64,000 nt of DNA from a virus (IMGVR_UViG_3300031992_000042:1-64000); one strand, 5' to 3'. Shown: positions 39,501 through 48,631, counted from the first letter of the stretch. Numbers and translations are program-made. Notes: generated by a model from the letters alone, not told the origin.

Positions 39501-42500
39501 CTGGCGTGTCTTTTGCGTAACCAAGATCTTTTTCACGCTGTTCTTTTATTTTATTTTGATAATTTTGATAATCTATGTCTATAGCTTTTTGTTGTAAGTC
39601 ATAAGATAAGTAATATCCATCTTCTAATTTATCTATTGCTTTACTTAACTTATCGCCTTTCTCTACATTAGACAAATTTCTTTGGTTGTACTCGCCAGAA
39701 GTTGATAATAATGCGTCGATATATTGTTGATACAATTCATCGCCGTTTAAAATTTTTCCAGAAGTTTCGTCACGTTGTATTCTTAGTGCTAATTTAGCAA
39801 AATCTTCACTTTGGTTAAGAATTTCCCAGTTACCAATATCTTCTTTAACTACATAATCATATAAACTTTGTAAATCGTTTAGACCGTTATCTAGAATCAT
39901 TTCATACATACGGGTAGCAATAAGAGGAAGTTGGTTCTTACTTTCCCACGTATTATATGTTGACTGTGCTTGTGCTCTAAAATGATCTTTGTATGCAGAA
40001 AAATCAGGTTTAATACTTTGTTCTGGTGCTTCCAAATCTTCAATAAAGTTTACAAGATCATCTGTTGTATTATTCATAAAATCAAAGAAATTACCTGTAA
40101 ACTTAATACCAGCAGAATATAATTTATTATTCAGCTTATTGATTGCTTTCTTTTGATCTTCTTCGGATATACCTTCTGAACTACGATATTCAGCTTCTAT
40201 ATCATTGTATGCTTTTTCAAACTTGGTAATCCTATCGTTGTATGTGTCGATTTGTTTTTCAGCTTGTTCTGACGTTAAATATTGACCAGTTTTATTATCG
40301 TAATAATATCCGTTTTGAATATAATCTAAATTTGCACTTTCAAATTTCTTTGCTTTTTCGTTTTTGTTATATCCTATTTCTTTTAAACGGTTTCTTGCGC
40401 TTTCAGCAATAGAATCAATAGTATAATTATCTTGTGACAAACTAAGTGCATCAGAAATATAACTAAAGAAATCCCCACCATTTTCAAGATATCTATTTGT
40501 TAGATCTTCAGCTAAAGCTTCGATTTCATTTTCATCTAAAGGCAAAGCCATATCGGATAGATATTGTATATAATTTTCCTTAGCAACTGTCTGCCGCTTT
40601 ACAGTTGGTGTATACGTATGCGACCAATAATCTTGCATTAACGTATATAATGCATCTGTTGCACTACCAGAAGCAAAATCAGTATGCCAACCTCCATTAT
40701 TCCAACTGTTAATAAACGCATTTTTCAGATTTTCATCACTTACGTTATAATCTCTTTTAATTTTTTCGAAGGCGTCAGAACTACTAATTTCATTATATAA
40801 ATTAAGTAATTGTCCTTGGACATACGTTGGTGCACCTTTGCCTTCCCTCAGCAAAGCGTTCATCGTTTCAGTATTATATTCGCCTGCAAACAATGTTTGC
40901 AACGCCTGACTACCTAGATTTGCTTCGTTTTCTTCATCTTCTCTAACGGCTTTATTTATCTCATCTTCGATTAATTTATTAGTTTTATTTCTATTACGAA
41001 TCATCTCACGAACTCTTGAAAGGTCATTCTTATCGCTCGCTTGCTGAATAATGTTTTCTGCATTCTGCCTTCTTTGTTCGTTTGTCTGTTTATTTACGGT
41101 ATCGAGATCTCCAGATTCAACAGTAATCGATAGGTTACGAAGAAGCCTATCGTATTCTTTTTCTTCTTCTTCTGATCTGTTGTCTCCCTTATTAAATAAA
41201 GTTCTAGCTTTTTCGACTTCTTCGTTTCTTGAATTATATCTATTGTTAATATTATCAATTATCTCTTGATATTGCTCTTCTGAAGACTTTTGGTTTCCAA
41301 TAGCAGATACAATGGCAGCAATGCCTAATCCGGCGGCTGCGACTCCAGCGCCAACTAAAGATCCAGACTTTAACCCTCCCATTATCATCAAAGAAGGTAA
41401 AATGCCCGCTAAGGTAACGCCAAGTCCACCTAAAGAATTATTTGCTTTATCTATTCCTTCTATAAAATTAGTGAGGAATCCTAATCCGCCCGTCAACGCA
41501 CCGCTATCTGTCATATCATGGACCAGTCCGTCCCATGTGTTTCTTAAATCTGTTAACGATGCATTTAAGGATTTTGTATAGATCTCATACTTTCTGTCTG
41601 TTATTCCTTCAGATTCTCCTGCTAATTGTAAATATTCACCAACTTTACCTTCTGACATACCAGACATAATAGCGGCAAAGTTAGAATACTGTCTTGTGCC
41701 AGCTATTGCGTTAGCAAATTGCTGTTGTTTAGCATCAGATAAGCTCTCCCATTTTTGAGATAACGCGAACAATGTATCAAACGAACTACGTTTATTTCCG
41801 TATTCGTCGTACATTCTTATGCCTTCTTCTTCAAGAAGCTTTGCAACAGCAGAACCACTTACAGCATTACCATTTTCGTCGTAGATAAGTTCGTTTGTTC
41901 CGATCTTATTCATACGTCCAAAAATAGTATTTAATGTACGACCTGCTACATTACCACCTATTTGAGTAGTAGATGTGATAGCAGTTAACATAGCTGAAAG
42001 CTGTGCAAAAGTAGTTCCGTCTGCGGCAGCAGCTGCACCAGCCTTTTCAATGCCTTTTTCGATTTCTGCGGCATTTGTAGCGGCATTATCGCCCAATGCA
42101 GTAACTATATCTGCGGCTTGTTCTGCCTGAGAAACAAGACCTGTATTCATTGCGACAGTAATAAGCTTTGTTGCGGCATCTACTTTTGTACCGGAAACTT
42201 TAGAGAATTTAGAAATAACACCAAGACGTTCATCTACTTCTTGATCACTTAATCCTTGACGATAAAGTGTAGCAGCGGACTGAGTAATCTCAGCTACTGA
42301 TACTTTCATTTCTTTAGCTTTATCGATTAATGTATCTCCAAGGGTAGAAATTTGTTCATCTGTTTTTAGAGTGATCATCTGAATAGTGTTCATCGACGCA
42401 TCAAACTGTTTTACAAAGTTTGTTGTCTCTGAAATTGCAGACTGGAACAAACGTCTGGTAAACATGTTGGACATATATCCAAACGTTGATTTAAACTCTG

Positions 42501-45500
42501 TTTTAAGAATTTTGGCACCCTGACCAAGAGCAATCATTGCTGGATTAGCTCTTCTTTCAAGCTGGTCTAACCCTTCATTTATCCTATCGTATTCATTTTT
42601 GGAATATTGACCTTCATTATACTGGTTACCAACTTGCTTTCTAAGAGTATTTATCTCTTGTTTTCTTGCGGCTGAAATAACAGATAAAGAATTTTTACTC
42701 TTTAAGCCTTGTTTTATCTGTAATGACTCTAAAGCCAGTCTGCCAGCCGTCTCGTTTTGTGTTGTGTATTCAGCTGCTAAACTTGCTCTAGCATCTTGAG
42801 CATTTGCAATACGTTGGTTAGCGACTTTAATAGCATCTTCGTATTGCTTTTGGTATGCAGAATCAACCAAACCTTTATCAAGACGGTTTTGCATCCACGT
42901 AATACCATTTTGCTGCTTGGATATTCTTTCATCATATTTATTTAGTGTCTCTTTTTGTTTGCTTAAACCAAAACCGTTTAATTCTTTTGTAATATCATCT
43001 TCAAGCTGTTTAGCATCAAGCATTATTCCGTTTGTAAAACTTTTATGCATGTTTTCAGTAACTTTATCTCTTGCTTGTGCTATCTGAGACATCCAAGCCG
43101 AACGTTGATCTTCTAAATCTTTTGTTCCTGTAAAAGCTGCATCAGATGCAAGTTCTTCTTCAAGAGCGTTTAAGGGTTGTAAATTTTCAAAAGTACGATA
43201 TTGTAAATAATTATATTGACGTTCTGCCAATGTCTTTTCATCATTTAATTTATTCTCTTTTCCTCTTTGCTCTCTCCAAAGTTCGTCCCCATAGGTTCTT
43301 GTGTCTGATAATATCTGGTTAAACCTATTTCCTACTTCTAAAGCATGTTCATATTTACTTAAATCTGCAAGAACTTTTTCTCTTTGTTCTGTTTGCTCTG
43401 CTTTTTTAGGCGTTTGCGGTCCCCATATCGCGTCAGCACTTTCAGACTGGTTTGTAGACGTCCCGCCTTGAATAGGCATACTTGCAGAACCCGAAGCTTT
43501 TGGATTTTCAACATAAACCAAATTGCCAGTATTTTTATCTTCATAAACAATATTGCCTTTTTCATCTCTGATGATATTATTGTTAGCAACAATTGCAGTT
43601 TCTGGTTTTGCAGGTTCTTTCGGTTGTTCTGGTTCTTTAAATGCCTCAGCCTGTTTGCGAAGCTCAACAACTTTTGATACAAGTGTTTGTCCTACAGCAT
43701 CTGTTGCATTTACAAAATTAGTTCTAAAGTCATCGCCATATGTACGAACAAGATCGCTTTCAAGCATACCGAATTGATCTATGGCGTTTCTTGCAGTTCT
43801 AATACCATATCTGGCTTCTTGTGCTTTAGCCCACTGCTCTTTAGTGTCATAGGCTTTATCGCCTAACATGAATTTACCAGTAGTTGGATCTCTATAATCA
43901 TCTGCAGCTAACGTCAATTCAGCAGCAGCAGCATTTATTAAGCCTTGAATATATTGACCTTCATCATTTGTAATATAAGCTCTCTCGCCTGTGCCAAATT
44001 GATGATGAAGCATACGCATCGTCTGCATCAGTTTGATGCGTTCAGGACCAGCATCACCATATCCGAGCTGTTTATCCATTGCTTCATATATAGCATCCAT
44101 TTGAGTGGGATCAACATTGCCTGTGCGATAAAGCTGGTTTGCTTGAGCAATAGCCATCATATGGTTTGACATATATCTAGAAGGCAAGTTAATTTCATCG
44201 ATGCCCATATCTCTAAGGGCTCTTAAATTGATATATTCTCCATTGGATGCTTTATATATATCTGGATGACTCGCATCTATATACGTACCTTCACGAGTTT
44301 TTACAGCGTTTTTACGATCTGGGGATACGATCATGTCTTCGTCAAACTTAAACAGATCTGTACGCTTTTCTGAGAATTTAGTATATTCTTTACCTAAACC
44401 TAAAGCAGCCCAAACAGGATCATCTTTTTCTAAAGTATAAGTTTGTGCTTTTTTAGGAGTAGAACCAATATCATATATACCTGCCATTCTCTGAGCCGCA
44501 TATACAAGCGCTTGGTTTTCTGGTCTTGAATAGTCGACCTGCATTATTCTGATACCAGAAGAACCTGTACCCATTGGCATAGTCGCATACAAATTGCGTT
44601 CTGCTTGAAGTCTATTTTGAACAGACCAGCTCTTTAATTGTTCTGGCGTATATACAATATCTTCACCTTTAACATCCGAGTCTTTGTATGCACCCATTCG
44701 TTTTAAAGAAGCTTGTACCGCATCGGCAAGTTCTTTATCGTAAATTGCTTTTACTTGGTCTGCATCGTAGTCCATGCCTTGAAGAATTCGTCTATCTTTT
44801 TCAGAAACATACATTCCTGTAGAAGTTGATATGCCAAATCCTTTATAAATAGGTTCTGCGTCAGCTGCCAAATTCTGCGCATAGTACATATTGCCGTATC
44901 CAGTAGGAGAGCGAACAACCGCTACATTGGCTTGATCTTTTCTGTTAAAGTCAAGCACTTTACCTTGCGGTAAAATGATCATATCTCGAATATCTTGGTC
45001 GGATAATCGAGCGTTTGCTTCTTTGTCTAAATATGAGCGAGCTTTCGCAATAGACGCATCTGGAACAGTCCCATCTTTAGCCAACAATATCGTCGCTAAA
45101 GGGCTTGCTGCAGCGCGAAGGTTTGCAATTTTGTCATCGTTGTCAAAGTTGATATATTTACCAGCAATTAAGTCGTTGTAAAGAGAAGCTCGCATATTAT
45201 CAATTCGTGAACGAGCTTCTGTTGACGCTAATAACTGTGAATTGCCACCGAATAAAGGATTAACCTTTCGACTTAGATAGTCTTCTTTATTGCCGAATAC
45301 ATATTTCAACTGACCTTCTTCGGTATCAAGTTCTTGCATTCGCCTCATTGCCATTTCAATTTGATGTTGTCTTAATTCAGGAGAAAACATCATAAAAGAC
45401 GACATCTGAGTACCTAAGTTATCTGAAGCAACTTGATCTAAGTCATAGTCAGCATGATAACTCATAGGATGACGCTGTAATAATGCGGTGAACCTTCTAC

Positions 45501-47589
45501 TTGCGATATCGCCAGATACATAATTACCATTTTCGTCTTTAAGAACACCTTGGTTCTTAATAACATCCATCGGTATATATCCTTGATAATCTGCGATATT
45601 AAATAATTCGCCGTTCGGACCAGGAGCCATTAAACGACCTTGTTCGTCAAGTAAACCAGTTTTCTTGCCAAACGCTCTTAAGTCGTTCCCTTCAAAAACA
45701 AACGCAGAACCTTTAAGACCGACTCCGCCTCTGAATTGACCAGAATGTGGCATAACTGAACTTGCAAAGAAAGCACCGCCGTCTCCGGGGGACACTCCGC
45801 CAAGTTGATCTTTTAACCGACTTGTATCAACTACAGCAAAACGTTTACCGTCTATATTTATCCCAAGGTCTGATGTATTCGTCCATGCTTTGTTAAGCAT
45901 TTCAAGATGCTTACCATACTTCTGTGCAGTAATACCATCTTTACCGCCAACGCCGTTTTGAATTAAACGATCTATTTCTGCGTCGTCGAAACCGCGCCAA
46001 TATGTACCACGAATACCACGAACAGCTTCATCAGGATGGTTTCTAATCCATTCCGCTTCTTGCTCGTTAACTCTATTAAAAGCATTTTGCTCAATCATAC
46101 GAACAATAGTGTCCTGACCTGTGCCATGAATACTCTGTGCGATAAACTTGGCATTGCCTAATTGAGCGCCATTTGGATTAAAAAGGTTTTCTAAAAACTT
46201 TTGATGTTCTGGATTTTTCGCATCATATCCAGCTAATGATACAATACGAATTGTATCGCTCACGTCTTGGTTGTTTTTCCATTTACCGCCACCCAAAAGT
46301 CTTGTATTATGACTTTCAGAGATCATAACACTCCTAGGATCGCCTAATGCAACTTTATCGCCTGTAAATGGAGAATATTTAGATACTACAAGCTGATCTT
46401 GAATACGTTTGCCTTCTCCTTGAAGTTTACTCCACGTGTTAGGATTGGCAGAATTTGTCCATGCACGAGTATCTTCCATACCTTCAATGTCTTGCATGGC
46501 AAGCATTGCTCTGCCTGACGTAGAGGATGTTAAACGTTGCATTAACGTTCTTTTATCTGATCCTGTTGCTTTATATGCATCAATAGCATTGCCCTTATAA
46601 CCAGAAACTCTAACTAAAAGATCATCATATAAAGCTTTTCTAAATCCTTCCCATTCAGATCTTGAAATTTCGTCTTTAGTTTCAAGTACGCCACGTTCAT
46701 CTCTTCTGCTAATACCAGAGGCTATTGCAGCTTTTACTGCAACAGAATTGTTTTTTAGAATATTATCAAGCTGTTTTCTATAAGCAGTGTCGAGCACCAT
46801 CGACTGATATGACTTATCAAACGTCTGAAAGTCCCGGCCCTGAGATCTGAAAGTTGCCTTGAAAGACTCGGGAAATAAGTCTTCTGGTTTACCTGTATAT
46901 AACCCAGCACTTACATTTTGTCTAACATGACCGTATCTTGCCTTCTGGTAAATTTTATTCATGTTAGCTGGAGTAATAGACGGAATAAGATACTCAATCA
47001 TCCTATCAAGGTTGAATTCAGCATCTGTATTAGATAAGCCATGTTTGTTTAATAAACCTCTTATTGCAGGGTCCATTTTTGTTGGGTTAGTTCCGCCTGT
47101 TAATTCTTTTGCAATTTGTCCTACGTCTTTTGAGAGAATTGAACTGCCTGCTTTACTTAAGCTACTTATTCTACTCCGAACGATAGAAGTTAATTGTGGA
47201 GCAATAGTATCAAACTGATGTTGCACAGCAGATGGAAGATCTCCAAACCATTGTTTTGCTATTTGCGCACTATAAGATGTTGTACCAAGCTGAACATCTC
47301 TTAAAGCATTAAGCTCTAAAATATTATTATTTGCACCACGCTCAAGCGCAACACGCTCAGCATCGGAAGAATATGTTTTATTTTGAAGCTTCTCTAATTT
47401 GTCATTTAATGCGTCAACAACAGTAACTGAACGTTCAAATGAATTATCAAGAATTTTACTAACATTTGGCATTTCCGAAATACTTGTTTTTAATCCATCA
47501 ATGCCTTGTTTAATGGTACTAATTTGTTGTTTCGCATCTCCAAAGTCCATGTTAGCAGATATATTAAGTTTAATTTCATTCCACGGCAT
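33541..47589 (-). CDS. giant tape measure protein (4682 aa) with N-terminal two-barrel RNA-polymerase-like domain
   Basis: TP901-type TMP core (about 41500-42430), long coiled coils, C-terminal HANGG..PE motif, position between TAC and Dit; RNAP motifs D603G, Q618FRGGVGLKG, R893SP, D940YDAD. Confidence 0.85.
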   Translation of the reverse strand: MPWNEIKLNISANMDFGDAKQQISTIKQGIDGLKTSISEMPNVSKILDNSFERSVTVVDALNDKLEKLQNKTYSSDAERVALERGANNNILELNALRDVQLGTTSYSAQIAKQWFGDLPSAVQHQFDTIAPQLTSIVRSRISSLSKAGSSILSKDVGQIAKELTGGTNPTKMDPAIRGLLNKHGLSNTDAEFNLDRMIEYLIPSITPANMNKIYQKARYGHVRQNVSAGLYTGKPEDLFPESFKATFRSQGRDFQTFDKSYQSMVLDTAYRKQLDNILKNNSVAVKAAIASGISRRDERGVLETKDEISRSEWEGFRKALYDDLLVRVSGYKGNAIDAYKATGSDKRTLMQRLTSSTSGRAMLAMQDIEGMEDTRAWTNSANPNTWSKLQGEGKRIQDQLVVSKYSPFTGDKVALGDPRSVMISESHNTRLLGGGKWKNNQDVSDTIRIVSLAGYDAKNPEHQKFLENLFNPNGAQLGNAKFIAQSIHGTGQDTIVRMIEQNAFNRVNEQEAEWIRNHPDEAVRGIRGTYWRGFDDAEIDRLIQNGVGGKDGITAQKYGKHLEMLNKAWTNTSDLGINIDGKRFAVVDTSRLKDQLGGVSPGDGGAFFASSVMPHSGQFRGGVGLKGSAFVFEGNDLRAFGKKTGLLDEQGRLMAPGPNGELFNIADYQGYIPMDVIKNQGVLKDENGNYVSGDIASRRFTALLQRHPMSYHADYDLDQVASDNLGTQMSSFMMFSPELRQHQIEMAMRRMQELDTEEGQLKYVFGNKEDYLSRKVNPLFGGNSQLLASTEARSRIDNMRASLYNDLIAGKYINFDNDDKIANLRAAASPLATILLAKDGTVPDASIAKARSYLDKEANARLSDQDIRDMIILPQGKVLDFNRKDQANVAVVRSPTGYGNMYYAQNLAADAEPIYKGFGISTSTGMYVSEKDRRILQGMDYDADQVKAIYDKELADAVQASLKRMGAYKDSDVKGEDIVYTPEQLKSWSVQNRLQAERNLYATMPMGTGSSGIRIMQVDYSRPENQALVYAAQRMAGIYDIGSTPKKAQTYTLEKDDPVWAALGLGKEYTKFSEKRTDLFKFDEDMIVSPDRKNAVKTREGTYIDASHPDIYKASNGEYINLRALRDMGIDEINLPSRYMSNHMMAIAQANQLYRTGNVDPTQMDAIYEAMDKQLGYGDAGPERIKLMQTMRMLHHQFGTGERAYITNDEGQYIQGLINAAAAELTLAADDYRDPTTGKFMLGDKAYDTKEQWAKAQEARYGIRTARNAIDQFGMLESDLVRTYGDDFRTNFVNATDAVGQTLVSKVVELRKQAEAFKEPEQPKEPAKPETAIVANNNIIRDEKGNIVYEDKNTGNLVYVENPKASGSASMPIQGGTSTNQSESADAIWGPQTPKKAEQTEQREKVLADLSKYEHALEVGNRFNQILSDTRTYGDELWREQRGKENKLNDEKTLAERQYNYLQYRTFENLQPLNALEEELASDAAFTGTKDLEDQRSAWMSQIAQARDKVTENMHKSFTNGIMLDAKQLEDDITKELNGFGLSKQKETLNKYDERISKQQNGITWMQNRLDKGLVDSAYQKQYEDAIKVANQRIANAQDARASLAAEYTTQNETAGRLALESLQIKQGLKSKNSLSVISAARKQEINTLRKQVGNQYNEGQYSKNEYDRINEGLDQLERRANPAMIALGQGAKILKTEFKSTFGYMSNMFTRRLFQSAISETTNFVKQFDASMNTIQMITLKTDEQISTLGDTLIDKAKEMKVSVAEITQSAATLYRQGLSDQEVDERLGVISKFSKVSGTKVDAATKLITVAMNTGLVSQAEQAADIVTALGDNAATNAAEIEKGIEKAGAAAAADGTTFAQLSAMLTAITSTTQIGGNVAGRTLNTIFGRMNKIGTNELIYDENGNAVSGSAVAKLLEEEGIRMYDEYGNKRSSFDTLFALSQKWESLSDAKQQQFANAIAGTRQYSNFAAIMSGMSEGKVGEYLQLAGESEGITDRKYEIYTKSLNASLTDLRNTWDGLVHDMTDSGALTGGLGFLTNFIEGIDKANNSLGGLGVTLAGILPSLMIMGGLKSGSLVGAGVAAAGLGIAAIVSAIGNQKSSEEQYQEIIDNINNRYNSRNEEVEKARTLFNKGDNRSEEEEKEYDRLLRNLSITVESGDLDTVNKQTNEQRRQNAENIIQQASDKNDLSRVREMIRNRNKTNKLIEDEINKAVREDEENEANLGSQALQTLFAGEYNTETMNALLREGKGAPTYVQGQLLNLYNEISSSDAFEKIKRDYNVSDENLKNAFINSWNNGGWHTDFASGSATDALYTLMQDYWSHTYTPTVKRQTVAKENYIQYLSDMALPLDENEIEALAEDLTNRYLENGGDFFSYISDALSLSQDNYTIDSIAESARNRLKEIGYNKNEKAKKFESANLDYIQNGYYYDNKTGQYLTSEQAEKQIDTYNDRITKFEKAYNDIEAEYRSSEGISEEDQKKAINKLNNKLYSAGIKFTGNFFDFMNNTTDDLVNFIEDLEAPEQSIKPDFSAYKDHFRAQAQSTYNTWESKNQLPLIATRMYEMILDNGLNDLQSLYDYVVKEDIGNWEILNQSEDFAKLALRIQRDETSGKILNGDELYQQYIDALLSTSGEYNQRNLSNVEKGDKLSKAIDKLEDGYYLSYDLQQKAIDIDYQNYQNKIKEQREKDLGYAKDTPEAIQQWNAAHPFATTRDQFIKESGWIDRLEQVMGEDEIALVSEIAGANIANKYFRGGKDNLNRFESAYMQEIISNLISGQEGLTKTQQLAHLSELQTMSDKDLRTLQKSPEILKAYGYSDIEKYITARLAGEAANQEQLNIIENFNRNLEEETTKYNFKFSEDKNASKLLQNYIAWTEGSLTERMGMINPYIQQQKSLANAQAALNAGVSTAEDRNALASILGLEDKDIKDLIKSDKGKQDLQKMLNDKTGKMIEEFAKSFSINLSDANWADQLRAKVLAEQPELYDSIDSLIGSLTNLIVDAEGHVVSAEINGQRTTQAGDYYEQGLEDYEKQTRTARAASWIQQYQDEINKIVNSEYDIYYDSTGRHSKQRSYADALNEIAKRHSLDPAIMAEYWNATRVGLNEAAPDLLELYDNAQISGGKYKYDLNRSLLSRLFGENVNDLGKFDKSKIDQIGASMLAATKDTESGTYTLWSILANNYSELQDALQAFSNNDLTSAQKALDEFFKTFDSERLDEMLKYTEVSKDFKEILVDLGKGGIETELAMVELDATLSQQYNELVALNKVKDKAGKQIKGDDRSYFLSATGLKKADLDNLTKEQVSALAAAQEKKNVQNIQNELVALVESSGAKIDYSKIIFKEDGTIDLSSATEGLEQEFKDKWSNIESILNKVVKDDYIKVNFPILFGLAGYDTGSGNIEKLVDKKELKNAKKILTDTLDKLYEIMPESDRSKVKFNTDLTIDTSNLKSDQAKVVEQWNTYCKENPLVASVAVAAAGGDTVKAQSVIASGGYKTYGEAFANLINMDKSKLQQLALANEVAVAMTGKTSYTKKSSGGGVDPLTKLLKEIEFKMKELEHERKMTQIEQATANRLNNRDAFVSSIDNEVAVIEKMRAAQTENIAKMEEQQNGLDKTSDKYMQLTEKINAAKESLANYNNEIAEAKAKRIEFVQETQEETDKSGTHKQNMLSSYAERALAQDRFSDYVQLTEQKMSEIQTQRTENDAQIEEWKNELKQWEADSDQWREVRDKIYALEEENAELDNQLVQEQLELNQQKLSQIAKILQQDTQTANHNQNIASAYGNFYQSSGYRNEYENMIREQQKSTAAIIAENMKAEASARKQMETLEEGSTSWYEAQAAVYQYSEAVAQAELSQIELNKALTQSNIDKINEDYSDQTRELSHVNELLSQQAQEYLSLKDNEAYMEAMSRYMDNLGSLTNEAKEKLDALNKTYQEGMASKTLDPETQRQLLDAINEAESEYQKFLLEQSQKQREINKVALDKLFEDQDWGASEYDHNIKLLGYQTSVYQNNGELTNVNTMIEEENNLRGNRVKVLQDEIIELEKQKELFKDDQEQEKRIVEQIKKHEEAIEQENTQIDKNNKLLEENKKKIMQVRKTLEDAVDKEIEAEKKRQREILSANVSMQDTIVNLLKKRLQDEWNLKKKDIEKEKENLAEYKSLINERFNYRKKASEQADKDEELAEYRQQLALIEADPTRTKDAKELRRKIEELEKENAWTVAEDEVAAESERIDDQMEGMDKFVQYNEELLNEILGDANNFATEMNEILSGSFEESYNKILEFMSKENEAFMKSLPDAQKQMIQGWEDTWKKANDIIDSNYQLITTVLSDKDTYMDYMRSIDRTYRLYEENGDKNSMRILEQQWGEYYDNYINSVKTGAEFDEHTHTLTDVVSKIDELEDNIFKVDIKTIDGKAPDVYGLDSSNVSTIDFSTGEGLSLADLSGLYYVAPTVTETSSASAADSGNGDNGGPGAKKYTGVGAGQKTKEYATEKEALEAINEQLAKEDVHGAVAVPIVVTSQEEADKIIGINNKVNEESRKTNQLSEFDKIDQAYNATIERANKAIEESNKVLQEFYEITGQTKGPHANGGLIDYTGLAWVDGTMQRPESFLDSTDTKLLRSMLDTFTYVKNSPYMSYIDPSMYNNNTNVGDINITINQAEINSDADVDNLAKRVGQAFTKELQRNGLNLSGYAFG

Positions 47590-47650
47590 AAATATTTCTC
47601 CTTTTCAGTTTAGTTATATATAAACAGATAAACTCTGAAATTTCCGAATT

Positions 47651-47679
47651 TTGACTTTCACTCCTTTTGTGTGTAAACT
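47651..47679 (+). promoter_or_regulatory. sigma70-type promoter for a counter-oriented small gene
   Basis: TTGACT-N17-TAAACT. Confidence 0.6.
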
Positions 47680-47702
47680 ATATACGAAAGGAGATAATAT
47701 AT

Positions 47703-47867
47703 ATGAAAAAAGAAAACAAAGATAAACAGTTCGAAGAAGACTTCGAACCTGAATGGTTAAAAAAAGCAGCCCAAACAATGCTGCAAGGACAAAAAGAATC
47801 CTACGGAGATGAGGATCAAAATGAGTTAATGTGTTTAATTAACTCAAATGATGAAGATCAATTATGA
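47703..47867 (+). CDS. 54-aa acidic protein (moron-like)
   Basis: AAGGAG RBS, own promoter, terminator at 47874. Confidence 0.65.
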   Translation: MKKENKDKQFEEDFEPEWLKKAAQTMLQGQKESYGDEDQNELMCLINSNDEDQL

Positions 47868-47873
47868 AAAATA

Positions 47874-47899
47874 GGGGAGTGCCATAAAAGGCACTCCCC
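47874..47899. terminator. terminator between converging genes
   Basis: ggggagtgcc-ataaaa-ggcactcccc. Confidence 0.7.
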
Positions 47900-47900
47900 G

Positions 47901-48278
47901 TTAAGTTTCTTTAAATTTATTCCATTCTGCATCTTCATTTTCTTTTGTAATATGATTTTGTTTCATAAAATCCGTCACAGCTTTAATATAATCTGTTTCT
48001 TCTTCTAATATAGCTGGTTCAATCTTAGTTGTAATAATATCATAAATCCATTCAACAACTTTTCCTTTTTTAGATTCAATTACATTTCGTTTTTCAGATT
48101 CAAGCATTAAAATATTTTCAATTTCAGTCCAGCCAAAAGTATAGTCAGTAACCTGAGCTGGATCTAATTTTAACGTATACATAATATGTCGCCAATCAGG
48201 TTCAAGATACCAAAATCCATTATCCGCCTGAATGATTGTTTCTTCCTTTACTTTGTTAATAAACTCTGTATATAACAT
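47901..48278 (-). CDS. hypothetical protein
   Basis: GAGGAG RBS before MLYTEF. Confidence 0.6.
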   Translation of the reverse strand: MLYTEFINKVKEETIIQADNGFWYLEPDWRHIMYTLKLDPAQVTDYTFGWTEIENILMLESEKRNVIESKKGKVVEWIYDIITTKIEPAILEEETDYIKAVTDFMKQNHITKENEDAEWNKFKET

Positions 48279-48279
48279 A

Positions 48280-48459
48280 TTAACTCTCCTCAAAACTTGC
48301 TTCTAAAGTTAAAGTTTTAATTTTTTCTCCAGAAAGCAATTCTTCTTCTTTATAATCTATTTCATCGATATCGATCCTGCCAAACTTGTTGTGACGATAC
48401 ATAACAATACTGTCCTCTGGATACACTTCCAAAATTTCTTTTAATTCTTTAATTGTCAT
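48280..48459 (-). CDS. 59-aa protein (not in ORF track), related to the upstream gene
   Basis: MTIKELKEILEVYPED... versus MTVRDLIKELRDLPQD... Confidence 0.6.
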   Translation of the reverse strand: MTIKELKEILEVYPEDSIVMYRHNKFGRIDIDEIDYKEEELLSGEKIKTLTLEASFEES

Positions 48460-48463
48460 AATA

Positions 48464-48631
48464 TCACCCCAATATCACAGCAGGACTGACGTCATAGCCG
48501 TTTTTATTATGTTTGTCCAAAAAATAAAAATTATCATCAACAGCTATATCAGTAATCTCTTTATAATCAGTAACTACAGGTAAATCCTGTGGCAGGTCAC
48601 GTAGTTCTTTTATGAGATCACGCACTGTCAT
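48464..48631 (-). CDS. small hypothetical protein
   Basis: GGAGGTG RBS before MTVRDL. Confidence 0.6.
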   Translation of the reverse strand: MTVRDLIKELRDLPQDLPVVTDYKEITDIAVDDNFYFLDKHNKNGYDVSPAVILG

